Source: Burkholderiales bacterium
Lineage (GTDB): Bacteria; Pseudomonadota; Gammaproteobacteria; Burkholderiales; SG8-41
Direction of reading: 5' to 3'
Assembly (NCBI GenBank): GCA_019635015.1
Contig: JAHCAG010000001.1
Span: forward strand, 67,244 to 131,243
Length of the DNA: 64,000 nucleotides
The notes under the pieces are model-generated. The model did not search any database. It was not told where the DNA came from and was given only the letters and a program-made list of their open reading frames with translations. Within the stretch, counting starts at the first letter, position 1. Each line of letters opens with the position of its first letter. A program made the position numbers and the translations under genes. This document shows positions 34,584 through 41,945 of the stretch, piece by piece.

Positions 34584-34599
34584 TCCCGGATATCCGGGA
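34584..34599. promoter_or_regulatory. Perfect 16-bp palindrome (candidate operator)
   Basis: TCCCGGATATCCGGGA, 38 nt upstream of the ThDP-enzyme start codon. Confidence 0.3.
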
Positions 34600-34637
34600 T
34601 TGCCACCGCTGACTGAAACGGACAGACCAGGATACCG

Positions 34638-36290
34638 ATGACCCCTCTCCGCGGTGCCGACATTCTCGCGCGTTCACTGGCGCAGGCCGGCCTGAAACGG
34701 ATTTTTTCACTGTCCGGCAACCACATCATGCCGGTCTACGACGCGGCGATCGAGGCGAAGCTGGCGATCACCCACGTGCGTTACGAAGGCGCGGCCGTGC
34801 ACATGGCCGATGCCTGGGCGCGGCTCACCGGAGAGCCCGGTATTGCGATGCTGACCGGCGGCCCCGGCCATGCCAACGGCATTGGCGCGCTGTACACCGC
34901 GCTCGCTTCGGAGTCGCCGCTGGTCCTGCTCTCGGGTCATGCGCCCCTCAACGAGCTCGGGCGCGGTTCATTCCAGGAAATACGCCAGGCCGACATGGCT
35001 GCCCCCGTGGTCAAGGCGTCATGGACGGCGGCGAGCGCGGAAACCCTGGGTGCCGACATTGCGCGCGCCTGCCGTGTTGCCCGCTCGGGGCGTCCTGGGC
35101 CGGTGCACCTGAGCCTGCCTTTCGACCTGCTGGAGGCGAAGGTGGCCGACGGCGAACAACGGCTGGCGGCGGCTGCCGATTTCGCGCCGATTGCCAGTCC
35201 GCTGCCGCAGCAGGCTGCACAGACCCTGCTGTCGCTGGTCAGGGAAGCGGACCGTCCGCTGATCCTGCTCGGGCCGTCGATGTCGCAGGTGCCGGTTGCC
35301 GGACTCGGCAGCAAGCTGGCCGAAGCAGCTGGCGTGCCGGTGCTGTGCATGGAAAGCCCGCGCGGCGTCAACGATCCCGCACTCGGCGCTTTTGCCGGTG
35401 TGCTGGCGCAGGCCGACCTCGTGGTGCTGATCGGCAAACAGCCGGACTTCACACTGCGCTTCTGCAAGGCCCCGGCGCTGGCTGCCGACTGCCGTTTTGC
35501 CGTCATTGACCCCGAGCCGGAGGTGCTGCAGCGTTCGGTGAAGAACATCGGCGCATCGCGCGTTGTGTTCTCGGCGCAGGCCGACACCGCGGCCGCAGTG
35601 CAGGCGCTTGCCGCCGCAGCGCAGCCGCATTCCGCCACGGCGTGGATGAAGCAGGTCGCGGATGCCGTGGCCTTCCGTCCCGAAGCCTGGCGCGCCATCG
35701 ACAGCGGCAAGGGCCCGGTTCATCCGGTCGAGCTCGGCCGCGCGGTGCAGGAAGTGCTCGCTGCATCACCCGAGGCGGTGTTTGTTGCCGACGGTGGCGA
35801 AATCGGTCAATGGGCCCAGGCCTGCATCAGCGCGCCGGTGCGCGTGATCAACGGCACGGGTGGTTCGATCGGCAGTGGCGTGCCCTTTGCATTTGCCGCG
35901 CGCATGGCGCGGCCGCAGGCCCCGGTGGTCGCGGTGATGGGTGACGGCGCCTTCGGCTTCCACCTGATGGAGTTCGACACGGCGGTGCGCGATGGTGTGC
36001 CGATGATCGTGGTCGTCGGCAACGATTCCTGCTGGAATGCCGAACACCAGATCCAGCTGCGCAGCTACGGCAAGGATCGGGCGCATGGCTGCGAACTGCG
36101 CGAAGGCACGCGCTACGACCTTGCGGTGGCCGCGCTGGGCGGGCATGGCGAACTGGTGACGCGTGTGGCTGATCTGCAGCCGGCTATGCAGCGCGCGCTG
36201 GCGAGCGGCAAGCCGGCCTGCATCAATGTGATGATCCAGCGCCTGCCGGCGCCGACGGTGACCGCCGGTGCCACGGCGGGGGCCCACTAG
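34638..36290 (+). CDS. Thiamine-diphosphate-dependent enzyme (acetolactate synthase / oxalyl-CoA decarboxylase / benzoylformate decarboxylase superfamily)
   Basis: N-terminal PYR domain (GADILARSLAQAGLKRIF...GPGHANG...GRGSFQE) and a C-terminal PP domain with GDGAFGF...NDSCWN. Confidence 0.85.
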   Translation: MTPLRGADILARSLAQAGLKRIFSLSGNHIMPVYDAAIEAKLAITHVRYEGAAVHMADAWARLTGEPGIAMLTGGPGHANGIGALYTALASESPLVLLSGHAPLNELGRGSFQEIRQADMAAPVVKASWTAASAETLGADIARACRVARSGRPGPVHLSLPFDLLEAKVADGEQRLAAAADFAPIASPLPQQAAQTLLSLVREADRPLILLGPSMSQVPVAGLGSKLAEAAGVPVLCMESPRGVNDPALGAFAGVLAQADLVVLIGKQPDFTLRFCKAPALAADCRFAVIDPEPEVLQRSVKNIGASRVVFSAQADTAAAVQALAAAAQPHSATAWMKQVADAVAFRPEAWRAIDSGKGPVHPVELGRAVQEVLAASPEAVFVADGGEIGQWAQACISAPVRVINGTGGSIGSGVPFAFAARMARPQAPVVAVMGDGAFGFHLMEFDTAVRDGVPMIVVVGNDSCWNAEHQIQLRSYGKDRAHGCELREGTRYDLAVAALGGHGELVTRVADLQPAMQRALASGKPACINVMIQRLPAPTVTAGATAGAH

Positions 36291-36300
36291 GAGCGTGCTG

Positions 36301-37014
36301 ATGGAAAACCTCAAGGTCAGGATCTGGCGCGGAGCCGAAGAAGGCGGCTTCCAGGAATTCGAGGTGCCGCGCCAGGAAAGCCAGACGGTGCTCGACGTCG
36401 TGACCTATGTGCAGCGCAAATGCGATCCGACACTGGCCTACCGTTTTGCCTGCCGTGTCGGTGTCTGCGGTTCCTGCGCAATGACGGTCAACGGCGAATC
36501 GCGCTGGACCTGCCGCACCCATGTGTCGAAGGTCGCGGCCGACAACCGGCTTGAAATCGCGCCGCTGCGCAACCTGCCGGTGGTCAAGGATCTTGTCACC
36601 GACATGCGTGAATTCTTCGACAAGTGGGCGAAGGCGCGGGGGCGCTTCACCGGCAGCAAGACACGCAAGGATGCATTCGAGCGCGTGTCGCCGGAGTCGA
36701 AGGAGCGCCGGCGCGTCGATGCCGGCATCGAGTGCATCGGCTGCGGCGTCTGCTACAGCGCCTGCGATGTCGTCAGCTGGAACAAGGATTACCTTGGCCC
36801 TGCTGCGCTCAACCGCGCGTGGACACTGATCAACGACGTGCGCGACACGGCGCGCGCCGAACGCCTGGCCGCGGTGGCGGGTGATGCCGGTTGCCATGCC
36901 TGCCACACCCACCTCAACTGCACCGAGCGCTGCCCGAAAGGGCTGTCGCCGACGGCCGGCATTGCCGGCCTGAAACGTGCCGTGCTGGCGGCAACGCTCT
37001 CGGGTGAAATTTAA
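36301..37014 (+). CDS. Succinate dehydrogenase / fumarate reductase-type iron-sulfur subunit (SdhB/FrdB-like)
   Basis: Cys clusters CRVGVCGSCAM (2Fe-2S), CIGCGVCYSAC (4Fe-4S) and CHACHTHLNCTERCP (3Fe-4S type). ATG lies 7 nt after TAGGAG. Confidence 0.88.
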   Translation: MENLKVRIWRGAEEGGFQEFEVPRQESQTVLDVVTYVQRKCDPTLAYRFACRVGVCGSCAMTVNGESRWTCRTHVSKVAADNRLEIAPLRNLPVVKDLVTDMREFFDKWAKARGRFTGSKTRKDAFERVSPESKERRRVDAGIECIGCGVCYSACDVVSWNKDYLGPAALNRAWTLINDVRDTARAERLAAVAGDAGCHACHTHLNCTERCPKGLSPTAGIAGLKRAVLAATLSGEI

Positions 37015-37069
37015 AAAATATGTTTAAAAACAAATATTTAAACTGTAATTTCGAAGCGAGGAGGCCAGC

Positions 37070-37417
37070 GTGAGCCGGCGCAGCGAGGTGTTGCTGTGGG
37101 GCGCGCAACGGATCAGTGCGATGGTGCTGGCGCTGTGCGTCATCGTGCACCTTGTGACCATGATCTATGCGGTCCGCAGCGGGCTTTCCGCCGCCGAGAT
37201 TCTCGGCCGCACCCAGGGCAGCGTCGCCTGGTTCGCGTTCTACACGCTGTTCGTCGCCGCCGTTGCGGTGCATGCGCCGATCGGCCTGCGCACGATCATC
37301 AGCGAAATGTGCAACTGGCGCGGCCGCGGGCTCGACCTGTTGACCGCCATTGTCGGCTTGAGCCTCGCGATGTGGGGCATGCGCGCGGTGTTCGCGGTGT
37401 TCGGAGGCGGCGCATGA
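37070..37417 (+). CDS. SDH/FRD-type hydrophobic membrane anchor (SdhD-like)
   Basis: 115 aa with three hydrophobic helices and a conserved-looking His (VAVHAPIGL). GTG lies 5 nt after GCGAGGAGG. Confidence 0.7.
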   Translation: MSRRSEVLLWGAQRISAMVLALCVIVHLVTMIYAVRSGLSAAEILGRTQGSVAWFAFYTLFVAAVAVHAPIGLRTIISEMCNWRGRGLDLLTAIVGLSLAMWGMRAVFAVFGGGA

Positions 37418-37761
37418 AGAACGATTTCCGCTCACGCAACCACCCGGCATACTGGGCATTCATCGTGCACCGCCTCTCCGGCGTGCTGCTTGCGCTGTTC
37501 CTGCCGTTGCATTTCTGGGCGCTGGGCCAGGCGCTGCAGGGTGCCGCCGCGCTCGACGGTTTCCTGCGCTGGACCGAACATCCGCTGGTGAAGTTTGCCG
37601 AGACCGGGCTGGTGCTGCTGCTGGCTGCGCACATGGCCGGCGGCCTACGCCTGCTGGCCCTGGAGTTCCTTGAGTGGCGGGAATGGCAGAAAACGCTGCT
37701 CGCCGCCGCTGCCGGGATTTCACTGGTGGCGGCGCTGGCCTTCCTGTTGAATCTGGTCTGA
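37414..37761 (+). CDS. SDH/FRD-type cytochrome b subunit (SdhC-like)
   Basis: 115 aa with an SdhC-like motif (AFIVHRLSGVLLALFLPLHFW). ATG overlaps the previous stop (ATGA). Confidence 0.7.
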   Translation: MKNDFRSRNHPAYWAFIVHRLSGVLLALFLPLHFWALGQALQGAAALDGFLRWTEHPLVKFAETGLVLLLAAHMAGGLRLLALEFLEWREWQKTLLAAAAGISLVAALAFLLNLV

Positions 37762-37783
37762 GCTGCCGTAACGAGGAGTGGAC

Positions 37784-39187
37784 ATGCGCAAGAAGCAGAA
37801 TCGCAGGAAACCCAACCTGCTGCTGATCCTGGTCGATGACCTGCGTTTCGACGAGTTCGGTGCCGGCGGGCACCCTTACATGAAGACTCCGCACATCGAC
37901 CGCATCGCGCAAGAGGGCGTGCTGTTCGAACGCGCCTTCCACACCACGCCGATCTGCTCGCCCAACCGCGCCTCGATATTGACCGGGCAGTACGCCAGTC
38001 GCCACGGCATCATCGACAACGTCGCGCGCGATCTGGCCAGCCACCGCCTGCCGAACTACCACCTCGAGCTGCAGCGACTCGGCTACGAGACTGCACACAT
38101 CGGCAAATGGCACATGGGCAACGACGGCAAGCCGCGCCCCGGCTACGATTTCTGGGTGGCTTATGACGGCCACGGCAACCTCTACGATCCGAAACTCAAC
38201 GAAAACGGCAAGTACGTGCAGCACAGGGGTTATGTCACCGACATCATGAACACGATGGCGGTCGACTGGATCCGCAGCCAGGGCCGCAAGAAGAACAAGA
38301 AGCCCTGGTCGCTGTGGTTCGCGCACAAGGCCGTGCACCCCGATGCGGAGCAGGCGGCTGACGGCTCGTTCAGGATGGACGGCTACCGTCCGGCGAAACG
38401 CCACGAGAACCTCTACAAGGGCTGCGTGTTCCCGAAGAAGCCGAACATGCAGAAACCGTCCGAGTTCCTCAAGCACAAGCCGGCCTGGACCGAGGCCGTT
38501 GCGTTGCGCAAGACGCCGGCGTCGAAGGTGATGCATGACGCGATCCACTCCGGCAAGCAGGAAGAGATCCGCCTGCGCGCGGCGATGATGGCCGCGGTCG
38601 ACGAGGGCGTCGGCATGATCTTCAAGGCGCTGGAAGAGGCCGGTGAACTCGACAACACGGTGATCCTGTTCCTCGGCGACAACGGTTATTTTTTCGGCGA
38701 GCACGGCATCGGGCCGGAACGGCGTTTCGCCTACGAGGAGGGCATCCGCTCGCCGCTGACCATCCGCTGGCCGGGAAAAATCAAGGCCGGATCAAGGGTG
38801 AAGCAGCTTGCGATACTGCAGGACCTTGCGCCGACGCTGATCGAGATTGCCGGCGGCAGGCCCGGCGGGCACATCCAGGGGCGCTCCCTGCTGCCACTGC
38901 TGCGCGGCAAGGCCGCCGGCTGGCGCAAGTCGCTGCTGGTCGAATACTGGGCCGAGAACGCCTACCCCTGGCTGGTCAACATGACCTACAAGGCGGTGCG
39001 CACCGACCGCTACAAGTACATCCACTGGGTCAACCGCGCGCGCAGCGGCGAACTGGACGAACTCTACGACCTGGACAAGGATCCCTGGGAAATGGTCAAC
39101 ATCGCGCATCGTCCGGCGTCGCGGGCGTTACGCGAGAAAATGCATCGCGAACTGCGCCGGCTCGCTGCGGATGCCCTCGGCCTTTAG
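37784..39187 (+). CDS. Cys-type sulfatase (formylglycine family), no signal peptide
   Basis: N-terminal LLLILVDDLRFDE and the FGly signature CSPNRASILTG. ATG 37784 lies 5 nt after GAGGAG. The N-terminus MRKKQNRRKPN has no hydrophobic h-region. Confidence 0.88.
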   Translation: MRKKQNRRKPNLLLILVDDLRFDEFGAGGHPYMKTPHIDRIAQEGVLFERAFHTTPICSPNRASILTGQYASRHGIIDNVARDLASHRLPNYHLELQRLGYETAHIGKWHMGNDGKPRPGYDFWVAYDGHGNLYDPKLNENGKYVQHRGYVTDIMNTMAVDWIRSQGRKKNKKPWSLWFAHKAVHPDAEQAADGSFRMDGYRPAKRHENLYKGCVFPKKPNMQKPSEFLKHKPAWTEAVALRKTPASKVMHDAIHSGKQEEIRLRAAMMAAVDEGVGMIFKALEEAGELDNTVILFLGDNGYFFGEHGIGPERRFAYEEGIRSPLTIRWPGKIKAGSRVKQLAILQDLAPTLIEIAGGRPGGHIQGRSLLPLLRGKAAGWRKSLLVEYWAENAYPWLVNMTYKAVRTDRYKYIHWVNRARSGELDELYDLDKDPWEMVNIAHRPASRALREKMHRELRRLAADALGL

Positions 39188-39293
39188 GGCGGCGGCTTGC
39201 TGCACCCCCGTGGCTGGGGTATCGTGAAACGGGTAATTTCCCGCATCAACAGACCAGTACAACCGAAAAAAACCGCACAGTGAGGAGAACGTG

Positions 39294-40256
39294 ATGATGA
39301 TGACCCGAGTAATCGCCGCGGCATGCCTGCTCGCCGCTTCCACCGCCTTTGCCGCCGATGCCTATCCGCAGCGCCCCGTGCGCATCATCGTGCCGTTTGC
39401 GCCGGGTGGCGCGACCGACATAGTTGCGCGCCTGGTGGCACAGAAACTCACCGAAACCTGGGGGCAGACCATGGTGGTCGACAACCGCGCCGGCGCCGGC
39501 GGCAACATCGGCGGCGAGCTGGCGGCCCGGGCCAACCCCGACGGCTACACGCTGTTCATGACCTCGGGCTCCATCGTCACCGCGAACCAGCACATGTACG
39601 CGAAGATGCCCTTCAGTCCGGAAAAAGACCTTGTGGCGGTCACCAACGTTGCCAGCGGCCCGCAGGTCATCGCCGTCAATGCAGGCAATCCGGCAAAGAC
39701 GCTGAAGGAGTTCATCGCGATGGCGAAAGCGAAGCCGAAATCGATGACTTTCGGCTCGGCCGGCGTCGGCACCCAGACCCACCTGGCCGCGGAGAACTTC
39801 GTCTACACCGCGGGCATCGACGTCACGCACGTGCCGTACAAGGGCGAAGGCCCGGCAGTCACGGACCTGATCGGAGGACAGATCCAGTTTGTGACCCCCA
39901 ACCTTTCCGCGGCGATCGCCTTCGTCAATTCCGGAAAACTGCGCGCGCTGGCGGTGACCAGCAAGGATCGCGCGCCGCAGCTGCCGAATGTCCCGGCGGT
40001 GGCCGAAACGCTGCCCGGTTTCGAAAACCTCGGCTGGTTCGGTTTCATGGTGCCGGCAGGCACGCCGAAGTCGGTAATTGACAAGGTGCATGTCGACACC
40101 GTCAAGGCATTGCGCAGCCCCGATCTGGTCAAGCGTTTCAACGACATCGGCATGGTGCCGGTGGGCAACAGCCCGCAGGATTTTGCGCGCGACATCAAGG
40201 CCGAGTCGGAGCGCTGGGCGAAGATCATCAAGGAACGCAATCTGCAGGTGAAATGA
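39294..40256 (+). CDS. Tripartite tricarboxylate transporter substrate-binding protein (Bug/TctC family) 1
   Basis: Signal peptide plus PVRIIVPFAPGGATDIVARL and other family motifs. Start ATG 39294, or 39291/39297. Confidence 0.9.
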   Translation: MMMTRVIAAACLLAASTAFAADAYPQRPVRIIVPFAPGGATDIVARLVAQKLTETWGQTMVVDNRAGAGGNIGGELAARANPDGYTLFMTSGSIVTANQHMYAKMPFSPEKDLVAVTNVASGPQVIAVNAGNPAKTLKEFIAMAKAKPKSMTFGSAGVGTQTHLAAENFVYTAGIDVTHVPYKGEGPAVTDLIGGQIQFVTPNLSAAIAFVNSGKLRALAVTSKDRAPQLPNVPAVAETLPGFENLGWFGFMVPAGTPKSVIDKVHVDTVKALRSPDLVKRFNDIGMVPVGNSPQDFARDIKAESERWAKIIKERNLQVK

Positions 40257-40264
40257 CGGCAGGA

Positions 40265-40320
40265 CCGGCTTCCGCGGACGCTGCGTCCTGTCGTGTCCGC
40301 GGGAGCCGGGTTTTTGATTT
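40265..40320 (+). terminator. Strong intrinsic terminator after Bug gene 1
   Basis: 15-bp stem (40265-79 with 40295-309, one G-U pair), 15-nt loop, then GTTTTTGATTT. Confidence 0.75.
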
Positions 40321-40335
40321 CCCGAAAGGTAATCC

Positions 40336-41211
40336 GTGAAAGTTGATCCGAAACAGGTCGAGGAGGCGTGCAAGGAGCTCTACATCCGTGCGCTCAAGAT
40401 GCTTCCCCCTGACATCAAGCAGGGTTTCCAGCGGCTGGACAGCGCCGAAACCAATGCCACCGGCAAGGCCATCCTCGGCACGATGATCCGCAATATCAAG
40501 GTGGCCGAGGACAACACCAACCTGTTGTGCCAGGACACCGGCATTCCCATCTACAACGTTGTCATCGGGTCCGGCATCGAGGTCGATGGCCATGCGCTGA
40601 AACAGGCGATCGTGAGCGGCTGCACCCGCGCCACCAAGGAGCATCCGCTGCGCTCATCCGTGGTGCATCCGACGACGCGCAAGAACGAGCACACCTCGGG
40701 CGGCCGCCACGTGCCGGTGATCAACATCGATTTCACCGCTGATGCCGACACGCTGTCGATCGAGATGATTCCGAAGGGCTCGGGCTCCGAGAACAATTCC
40801 TGGCTGAAAATGGCGATTCCCGCCGACGGCGTGGACGCGATCAAGACCTTTGTCATCGACTGCGTGCTTGAGGCCGGCGGCAAGAGCTGCCCGCCGGTGA
40901 TTGTCGGTGTCGGTGTCGGCGGCACCGCTGATCTCTGCGTGCACCTGTCGAAGGTCGCGGCAACGCGGCCGCTGGGCAGTGTCTGCGCGGATCCCGAGGG
41001 GGCGAAGCTGGAAGCCGAGCTCTCCGCGGTGGTCAACAAGCTGGGTGTCGGCGCCCAGGGCCTCGGCGGCGATTCCACCGCCTTTGCGGTGCATGTCGAA
41101 ACGGCCGCCACCCACATCACGATGAATCCCGTGGCGGTCAACATGCAGTGCCATTCGGCGCGGCGCGCGCGGGCGACCTTCACGCCGCAAGGCCTGGCGT
41201 ACGGCTATTAG
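40336..41211 (+). CDS. Fe-S hydro-lyase alpha subunit (class I fumarase N-domain / L-tartrate dehydratase TtdA-like)
   Basis: Motifs LLCQDTGIPIYNV and GGKSCPPVIVGVGVGGTADLC are typical of the family. GTG 40336 lies 5 nt after AAAGG. Confidence 0.85.
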   Translation: MKVDPKQVEEACKELYIRALKMLPPDIKQGFQRLDSAETNATGKAILGTMIRNIKVAEDNTNLLCQDTGIPIYNVVIGSGIEVDGHALKQAIVSGCTRATKEHPLRSSVVHPTTRKNEHTSGGRHVPVINIDFTADADTLSIEMIPKGSGSENNSWLKMAIPADGVDAIKTFVIDCVLEAGGKSCPPVIVGVGVGGTADLCVHLSKVAATRPLGSVCADPEGAKLEAELSAVVNKLGVGAQGLGGDSTAFAVHVETAATHITMNPVAVNMQCHSARRARATFTPQGLAYGY

Positions 41212-41220
41212 GATACGGAC

Positions 41221-41832
41221 ATGGCGCATTACGAATTCAACATGCCGGTCAGTGAAGAGCAGGTGCGCAAGCTGCGCATCAACGACACCGTCACACTGCA
41301 CCAGACCCTGTACGGCATCCGCGATGCCACCCAGATCCACATGTTCGACCATGGCCGGAAGACGCGTTTTGACATGCGGGGGCATGCCGTCGTCCACACC
41401 GCCCCCAATGTCAAATGGGTCGGCGAAACCAAGGCGCATCCCTCGGGCTACGCACCGATCTGCATCGGCACCACGACCAGCGCGCGCATGGAGCGTTTCA
41501 CCAGGCCGCTGATGGAACAGTACGGCGTGCGCATCATCATCGGCAAGGGCGGTTTGTTTGCCGCGTCGGCGAAAGCCTTTGCCGATCTCGGCGGCGTCTA
41601 CCTCGCGATCATCGGCGGCACTGCCGCGCTGGAAACCACCTGGATTGAACAGATCGAGGAAGTCGACCTCGACGACCTCAACCCGGAGTCGTTGTGGAAG
41701 TTCCGCATCAAGGGCTTCGGCCCGCTGCTGGTGGCGATGGATTCCCACGGCGGCAGCCTTTATACCGCGGTCAACGCCGCGGCCAAGGACCAGCGTGCCG
41801 GAGTGCTGGCGGCGCTGGGCGTCAAAAGCTGA
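41221..41832 (+). CDS. Fe-S hydro-lyase beta subunit (fumarase C-domain / TtdB-like)
   Basis: 203 aa, LTLHQTLYGIRDATQIHMF...IIGKGG.. pattern. Starts 9 nt after the alpha subunit. Confidence 0.82.
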   Translation: MAHYEFNMPVSEEQVRKLRINDTVTLHQTLYGIRDATQIHMFDHGRKTRFDMRGHAVVHTAPNVKWVGETKAHPSGYAPICIGTTTSARMERFTRPLMEQYGVRIIIGKGGLFAASAKAFADLGGVYLAIIGGTAALETTWIEQIEEVDLDDLNPESLWKFRIKGFGPLLVAMDSHGGSLYTAVNAAAKDQRAGVLAALGVKS

Positions 41833-41845
41833 AAATCAAAAACCG

Positions 41846-41927
41846 GCCACAGAGAGCACAGAGAACAGCAAAACTATCGATTGCAATGGTTTCTGTTTTT
41901 CTCTGTGTCCTTTGTGATCTCTGTGGC
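41846..41927. repeat. REP-like imperfect palindromic element built from CACAGAGA words
   Basis: Left arm GCCACAGAGAGCACAGAGAACAG (41846-68). Right arm CTGTTTTTCTCTGTGTCCTTTGTGATCTCTGTGGC (41893-927). The outer 10 bp are perfectly complementary. Confidence 0.7.
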
Positions 41928-41945
41928 TAAAAGGTTTTATTCCCT

